Notes under the pieces: generated by a model | Database searches by the model: none | Told to the model about the DNA's origin: nothing | Seen by the model: only the letters and a program-made list of their open reading frames with translations | Assembly: GCA_964527765.1 (NCBI GenBank) | Contig: CAZGQR010000002.1 | Location: 135,701-199,700, forward strand | Direction: 5' to 3' | Source: an uncultured Planctomycetia bacterium | GTDB lineage: Bacteria > Omnitrophota > Gorgyraeia > Tantalellales > Tantalellaceae | DNA: 64,000 nt | Position numbers and translations under genes: made by a program | Shown: piece after piece, positions 1 through 12,000 of the stretch | Layout of the letters: the number at the start of each line of letters is the position of its first letter | How positions within the stretch are numbered: the first letter of the stretch is position 1

Positions 1-3000
1 AAAGCCCTGGAGAAAGCGCTGGATATATATAAACCCTATCTTCTGGTCGCCTCTTATATGACGCGTTCCGTGATAGGCGGAATGATCAGGCATTACAAAA
101 CGTGCGTAACGATCGAGAACCGTTTCAGGGAAGGGGCTTTTGATAAGGCGCTTTCACAGATAGAAAAGCTGGAAACCGAGGGCGGCCTGAGCCCGGAAGT
201 CCTGTCTTTTATCGGGAAGAAAGCGGCGAGGATCGGAGACATCCAAAAGGAGATCACGTCGATAAAGGAAAGGTTCGAGTCCGGGGATCTTTCTCTGCGC
301 TCCGCCCGGAACCAGGCCAGGGACATGCAGAAAGAGTGTCCGGGATATCCGGACACAAAGGAATTATTCGAGTATTTTGAACAAAAGAGAATAGAAGTGG
401 CGGGATATTTGGACGGCGCCGGCAGCAGCATTGAACTGCGGCGACCGGATGAGGCTTTTTCATTGATCCGGAAGGCGATGGCGATCGACAAAGAGAACAA
501 AGCGATGGCCAGGCCCCTGGTAAGGATAGCGGAGCTGTACATTCAGGGTAAGGATTTCGACTCAGCGAGAAAGTGTATAGATATCCTGATAGATGTAGAA
601 GGATGGAGGGATGATCCGACAGCTGAAAAACTTATTGTTTTGATCTGGGAATTGTGCCGCTCCGGAAGATATGGGGATGCGATAGAGCTATCCGACCGGC
701 TTTTTGAGAAAAAAATAAGCAGATGGTATAAGACAAAACTAAGGAGAATAAAGTCGGTCGCCGGGGCCAGCACGATCCTGGATGATCTCGATATCCATCT
801 GGCGATGATCAGGAACGCCCTGGAAGCCGAGAAGGCCGAGGAAGCGATAGAGCAGAAGATCCTTAAGCAGTACCGTACGCGTCTCATCGAATATAAGAAG
901 ATCAGCCCCACCAAGACAGGTTTCAGGATAGACAGGTTCAAGCACCTGAAGCCGGAAGAGGTGCGGAAATTGTTCAAGATCGGGGATAGTTTTGAGGTAT
1001 TCGGCCCGCTTCCGGACGGGGATAAAAGCGAAAGTAACGGTCCTGTCGTGGATGTTTCCTTCCGGGTAACGGCGGTCGGGGAAAGGGGCTGGGTGGCGTT
1101 CGAGATGCCGCCGTCCGCTCTGGAAAAGAAAGAGGAATTCATCAGGGATATACCCAGAAGAGGTTTTATCAGGAAACAGCCCAATATCCCGTTCGAACTG
1201 CAGAAAAGCGTGCTGGATGACCTTAAATGGAAATTATGGGAATCATTAAGAGCCGTAGATTATGAGGCGATAGGGAAGAAGGCGTTTTTTGAGCCTACCA
1301 CGGGACATCCCATAATTGATATCGTCCTTGGGTTGAAGGAAGCCCCGAAAAGAAAGGGAAGCGTTTCCTATGGGGGAGAGGGCCCCTGGGATGAGTGGCA
1401 GAGGAAGGCCATTGCAAGCGCCACGGACCTTTCTATCCCGGTAACCATAATTCACGGCCCCGGCGGAACGGGAAAAACCACGGTCACCGTGGAAGCTACC
1501 AGACAGCTTTCCGGAGAGATAATCAGGCAATTTTCGAAGAAGAAGAGCAGGATCCTTATAACCTCCCAGTCCAACCCTGCGGTGGACAATATCTGGAAAA
1601 GGGCCGCGTCCAAGGGATTAAAATTCATCCGCCTGGCTTTCAAGAGCTCTTCCATAGATACCAAAGTGATGAGGAACTGGGAGAGAAGACAGAAACATCT
1701 GGAAGATGCCAGGAAGAGGTATTACGGGGAAGAAGGCGCAGGGCCGGTCTATATCGGCACCAACATGGGCTGGGCGAATGATCCGTATGTCCGCAATAGC
1801 GCTTTTTATCTTGAACCGGATGTGGTCATAATAGACGAGGGAGGCAGGTCCACTCCCGGCGAGACCCTTTACGCGATATCCAGGATCAAACCTGACGGTA
1901 AAGTGATCATAGTCGGGGACCATCTGCAGTTGAGGCCGCACGGTTTTACCAGGGAGGATGTGGTCCGGATAAAAAGCGCGCTTTCATATAAAGAGAGAGA
2001 ACTGGAAAGATTATACACAGAGGAAAATCTCAGCAAGGTCACGACGTCCCTCTTTGAGAAGCTCTGCCAGCGCAGGGATATAGACTATCATCTCCTCCCC
2101 GTGAACAGGCGCTCTCATCCCGCAATAACGGGGTTTGTCAACGCTTTCGGGTATCTGAGGCACGGCGTCAAACTTCTTCCGCGCGATTGGGATAAGGAGA
2201 AGAAGGAGCCCTGCGAGAAGGATATAGTCACCGTGATAGATTATGGTGACGGCAAGATCCATGAGAGACTGGAGAGGGACGGTCAGGACCGCGTGCTAAA
2301 TGGGCGTATATACAATACCAGAGAAGTGAACGAGGTGATCGCCGAGATAGACAGATTCCTCAATATGAAACACCGGGGCCGCCCCAGATATGGCCCTGCC
2401 GATATTACCATCATCACGCCTTACAAAGCCCAGATCAGAGCCATAACGGAAGCGCTGAAGATAAAGGCGATAGTGAACGATCTGGATGAAGGCGTGATCG
2501 CGGACAGGAAAGAAGCCGTCGCTGTATTATCCGACCTGCCCCTGAGGAAGATCTCAAAAAGGATGTTTCCCCATATTGTTCAGGACGTAAAGATCGCTTC
2601 CGGCATGATCGAAGAACTCATCGGGAAGTTGAAAAACAATACCCGCATTTCACCGAGGGAGATGAGGATATATGCCAGAATAATAAGGAACGCGGCTCTT
2701 TACAACATAAGAAAGAAACACGGCCCGCGCAGCGTCGGCTATAAGGACATAACGAGTATCAGGCGGGTAAAATTGACTGCCGAAGGCGTCGAAGATGAAG
2801 AAGAGGTCATGGAAGGGGATGAGGAGCTCGATGTAGCGACCATAGATTCCATACAGGGTTCGGAGAACAAGGTCATCATCTGGTCGCTTGTGAGGAGTAA
2901 CAGACAGAACGATATCGGCTTCCTGGGCGCTCATGACGGCCCGAACAGAAACCTTGTTGCCGCCGGGAGGGCGGAAGAATATCTGACCGTCATAGGCGAT

Positions 3001-6000
3001 ATAAGCCACACGCTCGCCTGGGCCGATTATGGTCTGGAAAAAACGAATTATTCGGACTTGAGAAAGGCAAGTATCCGCCAGACCGCCGCGGCGTTCAGAG
3101 ACGGCCTGGAGCATTGCCGGGCGAACAATACGATCATAAGGACAAGCACCGACAGGAGAACAGGCAGGAACTCCGAAAATGACAGGCCCCGCAGCCCCTT
3201 GGGCGGCGTGCACGAGGGGTTTCTCCAGCTCCCCATGAGGCTCTTTTTCCGGAGCGCGGCTTACTTATCGGGTGCTTTACTGGCCGGTTTAACTTCGCTG
3301 CTCTTTTCTCATTCGGCAAAAGACCCCGCACCTATAAAAAAAGATATAGGTGAAAAAGATACAGCCGGGTATGACAGGATCGAAAGCGACCCCGCCAAGA
3401 TCGACCCCGCCCGCCTTACTGAAGCGCTGAAAGAACACCTGGGCTTTTTGATGTTTCATGATAAGGACGCCCGGGCCCAGATTTCAAAGTATTTAGAAGA
3501 TAAGAAATGCCTGACGGCTGTTACAGAAGACGGGGAGGTTGCGGGGTGCCTGATCTTTACCGTCGATGAAGAGAAGCTGTCGGCGCGCCAAATGGACATA
3601 TACGTCAGATGCTACCAGGCGGATCGGGGCATCGGCAGGGCGCTCTGGGAAGAGGCGAAAGAATACTTTGCGCGGAAGGGCATAACCAAGGCGGAAGCCC
3701 TGTGCGACAGGCCCGTACAGAGGGATTTCTGGGAGCATATCAGGGAAAATTACGGCGGCCCGCTTGAAATGATCATCAGGGACAGGGATGAAGGCGCGGA
3801 ACGGTTTTACTCGGTTTATGCGTTCGCGCCGCTTGCGTTTCTGCCTTTTGTTACGGTGGTGCCGGGTCTGAGTATCCTTATACTGGCGAGCACTGCCGCA
3901 TTTGTCCTTCTTGCCACGCTTTCAAGCCGGGGGGATCTTCGTCGGTATGAAAAATCCCTGTTCCTTTCCTCGTTCGGCAACGCGCGCGGGTCCACCAACG
4001 ATACTGATAATATTGACATGGAAATGCTATACAAAGCCTCCAGGCCCATAACGATCAAGGATGTCGGCATACCCTGGGCGGTATTTCCGAAGACCGGGGT
4101 TATGAATAAGATCGAGTTCCGCAGCATACCCTGCAGTGTTCTGGATTCTTCGGCCGCCGTTTACCGGGACAGTAAAAGGGATAAATATGTGATATTTATC
4201 GCTTCGCTGCTTTTGCGCAAAAAACACAGATCGGACATAGCGCTGTATTTCGCTCTTATCGACATATTTCTGGTCCTGCATGACGGGATACTTGAAAGAT
4301 CGGGCGCCTTTGACCCGAAACGGACGAATATCCTGGCATCCCAGGGCGGATTTTACCGGGAGGTCGTTTGCGCCATGCTGAACGGCGGCATGGCTGAAGA
4401 ATTCAGGATAGCGGCCCGCTTGGAAACCGAATTAAGCGGCAGGGAAAAAGCGTCTTTCAGGGGCGAGGATGTCCTGAGCGAAGGGGACAGGGAACATTCG
4501 GACATGGAAAAGAGCGTCGCGGGCAGATCCATAATAAATTTCATCGAATGGATGAAGGAGCCGGAAGTCACGGTAGTGGATTTTTCCGGCGAGATCAAAA
4601 AGGCGGAGAAGGTGTACAGGCCCGCCAGGACGGACATGTCCGCCAGGAAGCATCAGAAGCGTATGGCTTTCTGGAGCGAACACAGACAGATGATAGGAAG
4701 GTTCATACGGGGAGAATACAGGGACGATCCGGACCGCGCGCGGATCCTGCGAAAACTGGACGGCGCGGAAAGTCTCGTTTTTATCAAAAGCGGCATAGTC
4801 CCGTTCTCCAGGACGAGAGTGCGCCCCCCGATAAAGAAAGGCGTGCGGAGTTTTGCCGGCAAGGAGAACTGGCTGCGCATCAGGACAAAGATAGAGAACG
4901 GCAGGCTGAGGATAGAGTATCTCCTGGCCGGTGATCCTTATTTCGCGCATGTAAGTGATAGTTATGAGGAGGGCAGCGAAACACCGCTTTCCTTAGGTAA
5001 AGAACTTATCGAGTGGATGACCGACAAAGAGCGCCCGATGCCGCAGTCGGTACTCTCTATCGAGGCCGATATAAAAGGCAGAGTCCACCTGGGCACGTTT
5101 GACGGTGAGAGCATGTACCTGGATCTCGGGAAGCGCTTCAAAGAGACCGAAGGCGGCCTTCGGAGGAAAGTATGGATAAAAGCCAAGGTCAGCCGCAGGG
5201 ACGCGAAAGAGCTGGCCGTGTACCTGCGTCCCGACGGTCCCGAGATCATGCGTTTCAGGCCGATATACAAGGATGCCTCCGGGAAAAAGCTGGACAGGCT
5301 CGAGAAAAGGAAGGACCTGATACTGGACATGTTCAGCAGGGACGCGCTGGTCCACTGGGCCGGAGGGGGCAAGGTGGACATGGACTCCGACATAGAGTTC
5401 ATCTGGCCGGTAGAAAAGATGAGGATAGTGAAACTCGGTGACGACATGGTCGCTTCCGCGGGAGTGGATTACGAAGGCGACGATATTCTGGTCAGGGGCA
5501 AGGTCAACGTTCCCGGCGAGAAAAGGATAGAGTTCTGCCGTCCGGACGGCAGGCAGGTCCCCGTGCAGGTCAGGTTTTATGACGAGGAGTCCGGAACTCT
5601 CCTGAACGAACTGAGCGAACTGCGAAGAAGATTCGCGAGCTGGGAGGCGGGAGAAGACGCGCCCAATCCCATGGTCATTTCCGGTATCTTCGGGAACGGT
5701 TTTGAGATCGCCGAGGATGTCTTTGTCAGGATACCGAAGGCGGAAAGGGTCAAAAGCGGAAGATACCTGGTGGTGTTCGCGCAGCCCGGGGAGTATAAAG
5801 GTATAAAATTATACGCCCTTAACGGGCAGAACGCCCCCCTTAAATTTATCAGCACCTACTATTTCCATAAGGGAAAAAGGATAAAAACGGGGTGGGATGA
5901 AGAGGCAGAGCTTCTGTCGGCAGAAGATGAGTCCGCCATCAAAGAGATTCTTTGCCGGTGCGGCTACATTGCTTTTTTAAGAGAATCAAGCTTTTCGGCA

Positions 6001-9000
6001 GATAAGCTGGCCAGGTACATTTTACAGACCCTCGGAAGGACGCCGTTAAATGGGGAGGACATCGTTAAAGTAACGGCAGTACATACTCATGCGGCCGGGA
6101 GGGCGATAGAAAAATGCCTCAGCGGGCTTGTCGGGAAAGGTAAGCTTCTCCGGACGGGTTCGGGAATGTACCTGCCGGTGGTCAGGCGAAAATGCGCGAA
6201 TATGGGTCATCATGCGCCCAAGATCTCCCTTGACGGAACGCACTACGCCTTCGGTATTTCTGCCGGAGTGTCGGATGATGCGACCGTGTTCCTGGCTGCC
6301 GAGGCGTCGAACGGGAAAAAATTCCCCATTGCGGTAGTCAAGGACGGAAAGCCCGTCCTATGGTACAGAGTGATTCGCAGAGCGGATGGCGGGGTCGCGT
6401 CCTGCGGCTTGAGATCTTGCCGGTCGGAGATCGAGCTGCTGGGCCGGAAGGGAACCTTCTTTTTTGAGAACTGGCGGGCGAACACGAAGCGCGGAAAGGG
6501 AAGGGGCGTCGCCGGCAGGATCGGGGACACCGTGATCAAGGGAAAACCCGGTGAATATTTCAGCGGGATAGTATCCGACGGAAAGATCGTCCGTCTCGAT
6601 GTATGGCGAAATCCCTGCCATCGCCCGTATAAAGTCGTTGCAAGGCCGCAGGGCGACAAGGGGGTACCGGTATATAAGGTCGATAAGGACTCCGAGGCGT
6701 ATAAACGGGAATATACCACGAAAGAGGACAAGATCAGGTTCTGGGAAAGGGAGCTCTATGACTTGAGCGGGGCAAAGCGCAGAAAGGCCATCCAGCAGCT
6801 GGAAAAGCTGGGAGCGAGGTTCGACGGGATAAGAGCGCTGACCCTCGTGGATTGCCTTAATTCCAACTACGGAGTATCCGAGGGCTGCCGGTTGTTCGTC
6901 AAAACGTTCGGCGTTATCGTTGACGCGTGCATAAAAAGCGCGTGGCGGGACGAGCGATCACGCAAAGAGTTGCTGGAGCTATTATATATCACGGATTCGA
7001 GTGTGATCCGGAAAGCTTTCCGCGGGATCGCTTCCCGGGACCCTTCCTTATACGCGGATATGCTGGGCGCTTACACGAAAAAGTATTCCGCCGACTATAA
7101 AAATCGACACGACGCATATCATCTCGCGTTGTTAGAGGCGCTTCGCGCGGACCTGAAAGCGAAGAGATTCGACAGGTTCCCGGACCGGGCGCTGGACGTG
7201 TTGCGGGAATGGTATGAGCATAAATTACGCAGCCCCGGAAAAACCCCGCACATAAGGGCGAGGACAAAAGAATACCTGAAAACGATCGAGAATTTCCGAA
7301 AAAAGAGCAGAAATTTCAGAAGAAAAAATAAGATCCGGCTTTACAGCATAGACCCCTTTACGGCCGGTCTGGCCGCGGCCGGGGTAAGCTCCCTGTTCGG
7401 GAGCATCGGCGTCAGCATACTCAGCCCTCTGGTATTAACGGTCGCAGCCATAATATTCTCGTTCAGCTGGTTTGCCGCCGGGGGCGAGGATGCGGGCAAG
7501 GGCAAGAAGGAGGACGCGAAAGCGAAAGGGCCGCAGAAAGATTCCCCGCTGGCCCACTTGCCCGACCTGCACAAGAGGTTTGCCGTCAAAAAGAAAATAG
7601 GCGTAGGGGGGATGGGGGTGGTATATCTGGTCTTTGACGTGAACCTCCGGCGCGAAGCCGCGCTTAAGATACTGTTTGACCAGAGCGAAAGAGCGCGGGA
7701 AAGGTTCCGGAGGGAGATCAAGCGCCTGCGCAGCCTCAGGCACCCGAACATAGTCAAGGTACTGGGTTCCAGTTCCGTGCGGAAGGATTACAAAGGCCCG
7801 TCCTATATCGTAATGGAATACGTGGAGGGCGAGTCCCTGATGAAGTTTTACAGAAAAAGAAAGTATAACAACGAGAAAGCGCTGCTGGAATTGATATCCG
7901 ATATTCTCCTGCCCGTCGCCAAAGGCATCAGGTACATACACGGCAAGAATATAATCCACAGGGACTTGAAGCCGGACAATATACTCATTTCAAAGACGGG
8001 CGTTCCCAAGATCGCCGATTTTGGCATAGCCAAGCTCGGCGCCGGAGCTACCAGGTCCGATGAACATTCACTGACAAAGACCGGCTATGTCGTGGGGTCC
8101 CCCAGTTACATGGCTCCGGAGACTTTCAGGAACATGATCGAGACATGGATACCCGATGATATTGAATCCCTGCTGCCTGATAAGAAGAGTCCGGGATACA
8201 AGGAATGGAAGAAGAGCCCGCGATATAAACCGTATGAATATTTGAAAGAGTTAAGAAGGTTGGTAAATAAAAGGCAGTTCAAAAAGATGTCGGTACAGGC
8301 GGATATATATTCCCTGGGGCTGATCTTCTGCGAGACCTGTACCGGTAAGCTGCCGTTCAAGTATGAAGGGGACGACGGGATAAAGAAGCTTAGATCGAAA
8401 GTCTTTGAACGTATCCCGCTCGATGAGATAGCTCCCAAACTGTATTCCGAGTTCCGGAAGCTGATAGAAGACATGCTGGATCTGGACCCCAATAAGCGCC
8501 CCACATCAAAACAGCTGGTCCGGAAACTGGAAAGGATCGAGAAGAAGCTCAAGAAGCGCCTGGAAGAGAAGAAAAAACCCGTGTTTAAGACCGTTCTTAA
8601 ATACGGCCTGATCGCCGCGGGCATCGGGGCGACGGCGCTGGTCACGCATCTTCTCTTTCCGGGACTGATCCGTTCCATACTGAACTGGCTGGGTATCGGT
8701 TTTATCCTGACGGCGGGAACCATGGTAAGCGTGACCGGTGACGGCGGCCCCGGGACAGAAACCGAGGAGCTGTCACGCTCAAGCGTCAAGGATCTTCTTG
8801 CCCTGGAAAATGAATTAAGTGATAGCAGCGCGGAAGTCCGCGCGGATGCGATAGCGAAACTGGGTCCTGTTTATACCGCGTTCATCGGTCAGGGCAGGGA
8901 TGTCAGGGACCGCGTTTTCAACCTGGAGCAGAAACTGGCCGATAATCATCCGGCTGTCCGCGAGGCCGCCGGGTCGGCGCTGAGATCCATCTACGCGGCA

Positions 9001-12000
9001 TTAGCCGCCGAAACAAAAAGCATCAGGCTTTATGAATCCAGGTTAAGAAGAAGAATGGGCGCGGATGTTCGGGAGGTATCTGTCCGCAGGGCTGCGGTAA
9101 CGGCACTGGGTCTTCTTTACGCGGCATTGATCGACCACGGGAGGAAAATCGATGTTTCGATGCTGGAACAGAGGTTAAAGGATCCCGATATGCAGGTTTC
9201 CGAAGCCGCGGCGAACGCGTTAAGCTCTGTCTATGTGGCTCAGATCAACGCCAAAGGGGATGTCGATATATCCGCATTGGAACAAAGACTGAATGCCGAT
9301 CGTCACCTCGTCCGCGAAAAGGCAATAAAAGCCCTGGGGCCGGTCTACAGGGCCTTGATCGAAAAAGGGAAGCAGGTCGATCTATCCGATCTAAAGAAAA
9401 TGCTGGGGAATGCCTGCTACTGGCAGGTCCGCAGGGCCGCAACAACGGCGCTGGGCCTTGTTTACGTTTCCCTGATCGAACAGGGAAGAAAGGAAGAGAT
9501 CGATCTACCGCTGTTGAGGGAGATGCTGAATGATATAGACCTGGGCATTCGCAGGGTCGCGGTCAGCGCGGTGGGGGAAGTTTATGCTGCCCTGATCAGG
9601 CAGGGAGAAAAGGTTGATTTTTCCGATATCGAGGAGAAATTGAACAGGTATGACGAAGAGCTCCGCAGGCGCGCGGCAGAACAGCTCTCCCTTATCCATG
9701 ACGCGCTGGAGGGAAGAGATAGGGAAACCGATCTATCCTCTCCGGAGGAAACAGGCCCCGCCGGTATCGCGGGGATAGAGTCCGGCATCATCCTGGATCA
9801 GGATTATGCAAAATACCTATTCTGGACAAGAGAGAAGCTTCCCTACCACGAAGCGGTCATAGATGAATATCTGGCGTCCTCCCAGCCTCAGATATTCATA
9901 AGTGATCTGAAGCGCCGGGCCGAACGGTGCGTCCGGAAAGGGTTTGATCCCGAGGACCGGAGACAGCTGTGGCTTGCCTTTGTCGGAGCGAAGCTGAACG
10001 GGATAGACATTACGCATCATGATTTTACTGAACGGGTTGAAAGATTGGTCGAATTCGATGAAAAACACCCCGGTTATTTTTCCGACCTTTTCGGCAAGAA
10101 CAAGAAACTTAAAGCGATAGAGATAGCTGCCGGCGAGACACACGTCGTGGACACAAGCGAAGTCGATCATGCGGTCCTGGATGCCCATCTGGAAGAACTG
10201 TCAAGTATAAAGGAAAGGGTGGACAGTTGCCGGTGGCTTTCGGAAGATTTCCCGAAGCATAAATACTTCAACCTGCGAAACCTGTATTACCAGTTAAAAC
10301 GCGAGCAGGCGAGACAGGCGGGAGAGTACACCGGCGGAAAGTTTTTCATAATATTACCTTCGGAAGACCGGATGAGGGAAGAGATCGCCGGGAACAGGAA
10401 ACTTTTCTACAGGATCGTTTTCAAGGCGGCGTATCTCCGTCTGGGCGATAGGGAAATATCGGGAAATTGTCTTGAGCTGATGCGGGACCTGGTAATAAGC
10501 GATATTCTGTCGGATGATGCCATGAAAGGACAGCTTCATTCCTCAGATCCCGAGACCAGGGTAACCGCGCTTAAGGTCTTCTATGAGGATTACAAGAACC
10601 ACCTGCCGGATGCCTCGGGAATAGGCATGGAAAAAGTCAGGGGCCTGCAAAAAGCGCTGGATGAACTGTCCGGGGAAATATACGCCGAAATGGCCAAGAT
10701 AAAGATCGTCCGCCGGAAAAGGCGCGAGACCTATCGCCTGATCCCGCAAGGATTTTTAAGCGTCTTTCGCGGGAGAGCCGGCATTATCGACTGCTCCTTT
10801 GACGCGGAATATCACGGTTCAGCTTTTACCCGGGCGATGCATGAGGATACGGGTTATTATTTTGTTTATAACAAAAAGCTGAAGGGATACGTGGGGCTGT
10901 GCGAAGGCCTGACGGAAAAAGGCGAAAAGGTCCTGACCGTAGATACCATTAATTCTCCCTCCCTGGACGGCGAGGAGATGCTGATCAATCTGTTCGTGGA
11001 ATTGGAAGAGGCGGCCAGAGAGCTGGGATGCAAGGGGATCGCCCTGCCGGAGAACATGGTCCGCTCCTTTAATTTTGATAACAAATACACCATTTCCGGC
11101 ATGGATGCGTACAGGAAAGCCAGGCCCATAAAGGTGGTTCCCGTGCATTCGAGCAGCTGGAAACGGCTTGCCGATACATTCGGGAAAGATTCATATAATT
11201 CTATGGAAAGCGGCAGGTTCAAGCTGCTTGATCTTGATTCCCTGCGCCCTCCCGCTCCGGTCAGCAAGAGCTATGAAGACGGCGACATCGGGATAGAACA
11301 GGTAGATGCCCGGGGCTGGCCGGAAATAAAAGACGACATAATGAAGGTGGAAGAAGAGTCCTTTACCGGTCCCCTGAGACAGACCGAGGAGGATATCTCG
11401 GAGACCTTTGAGGACCCTGATTCCATTTGCCTGGTCCTGAAGGATAAGGGCGCAATAGTCGGTTACATGATGGGAGGTCCCCTGGAGGACTATTATTACC
11501 TGGCCGGAATAGAGGAAGACCCCGGCTATGGCGAAGAAAATACCGTTTATATCGAGTCCATTGCCCTGTTGCGGCCATATCAAAGGTCGGGATTAGGCAA
11601 AAAACTCAGAAATAAATTCCTTGATATTGCTCAGCAGAGAGGGTACCGGCAGGTCAGCGGCCATATAAGAGAGGAAGTGGCCCGGAGCAGGGGGGATAAC
11701 ATACTGGGCGCATTCGGGGAATGGCAGGGGACGGACACCACTTTTTGTTATTACAGTAACCCCATCAGATCGAAAAAGGCGGAGAAAAAGCACGCGCTGC
11801 GCCTGATCTCGGAACTCGTCACCAGATCGCAGGATCATGACTGGGAAGCGGCCGACCGCGCGGGGGAACTTCCCGACTTGAAAGGCCTTTTGCTGGGGGC
11901 GACCGACGGGCACGGAAGGATCACGTTCCGGCCGGTCAGGAACTATCCGTTCGAATGGGCCATGCTCGGTTCCGAGGAAAAGGGGTGGGAGGCTGTTGTT

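Noticed and set aside
1395-1781. Numerous 60-190 aa ORFs in alternative frames (listed throughout the ORF track)
   Set aside because: All are nested within or antisense to longer ORFs with family-level support; none has an RBS-plus-motif combination that would justify a call
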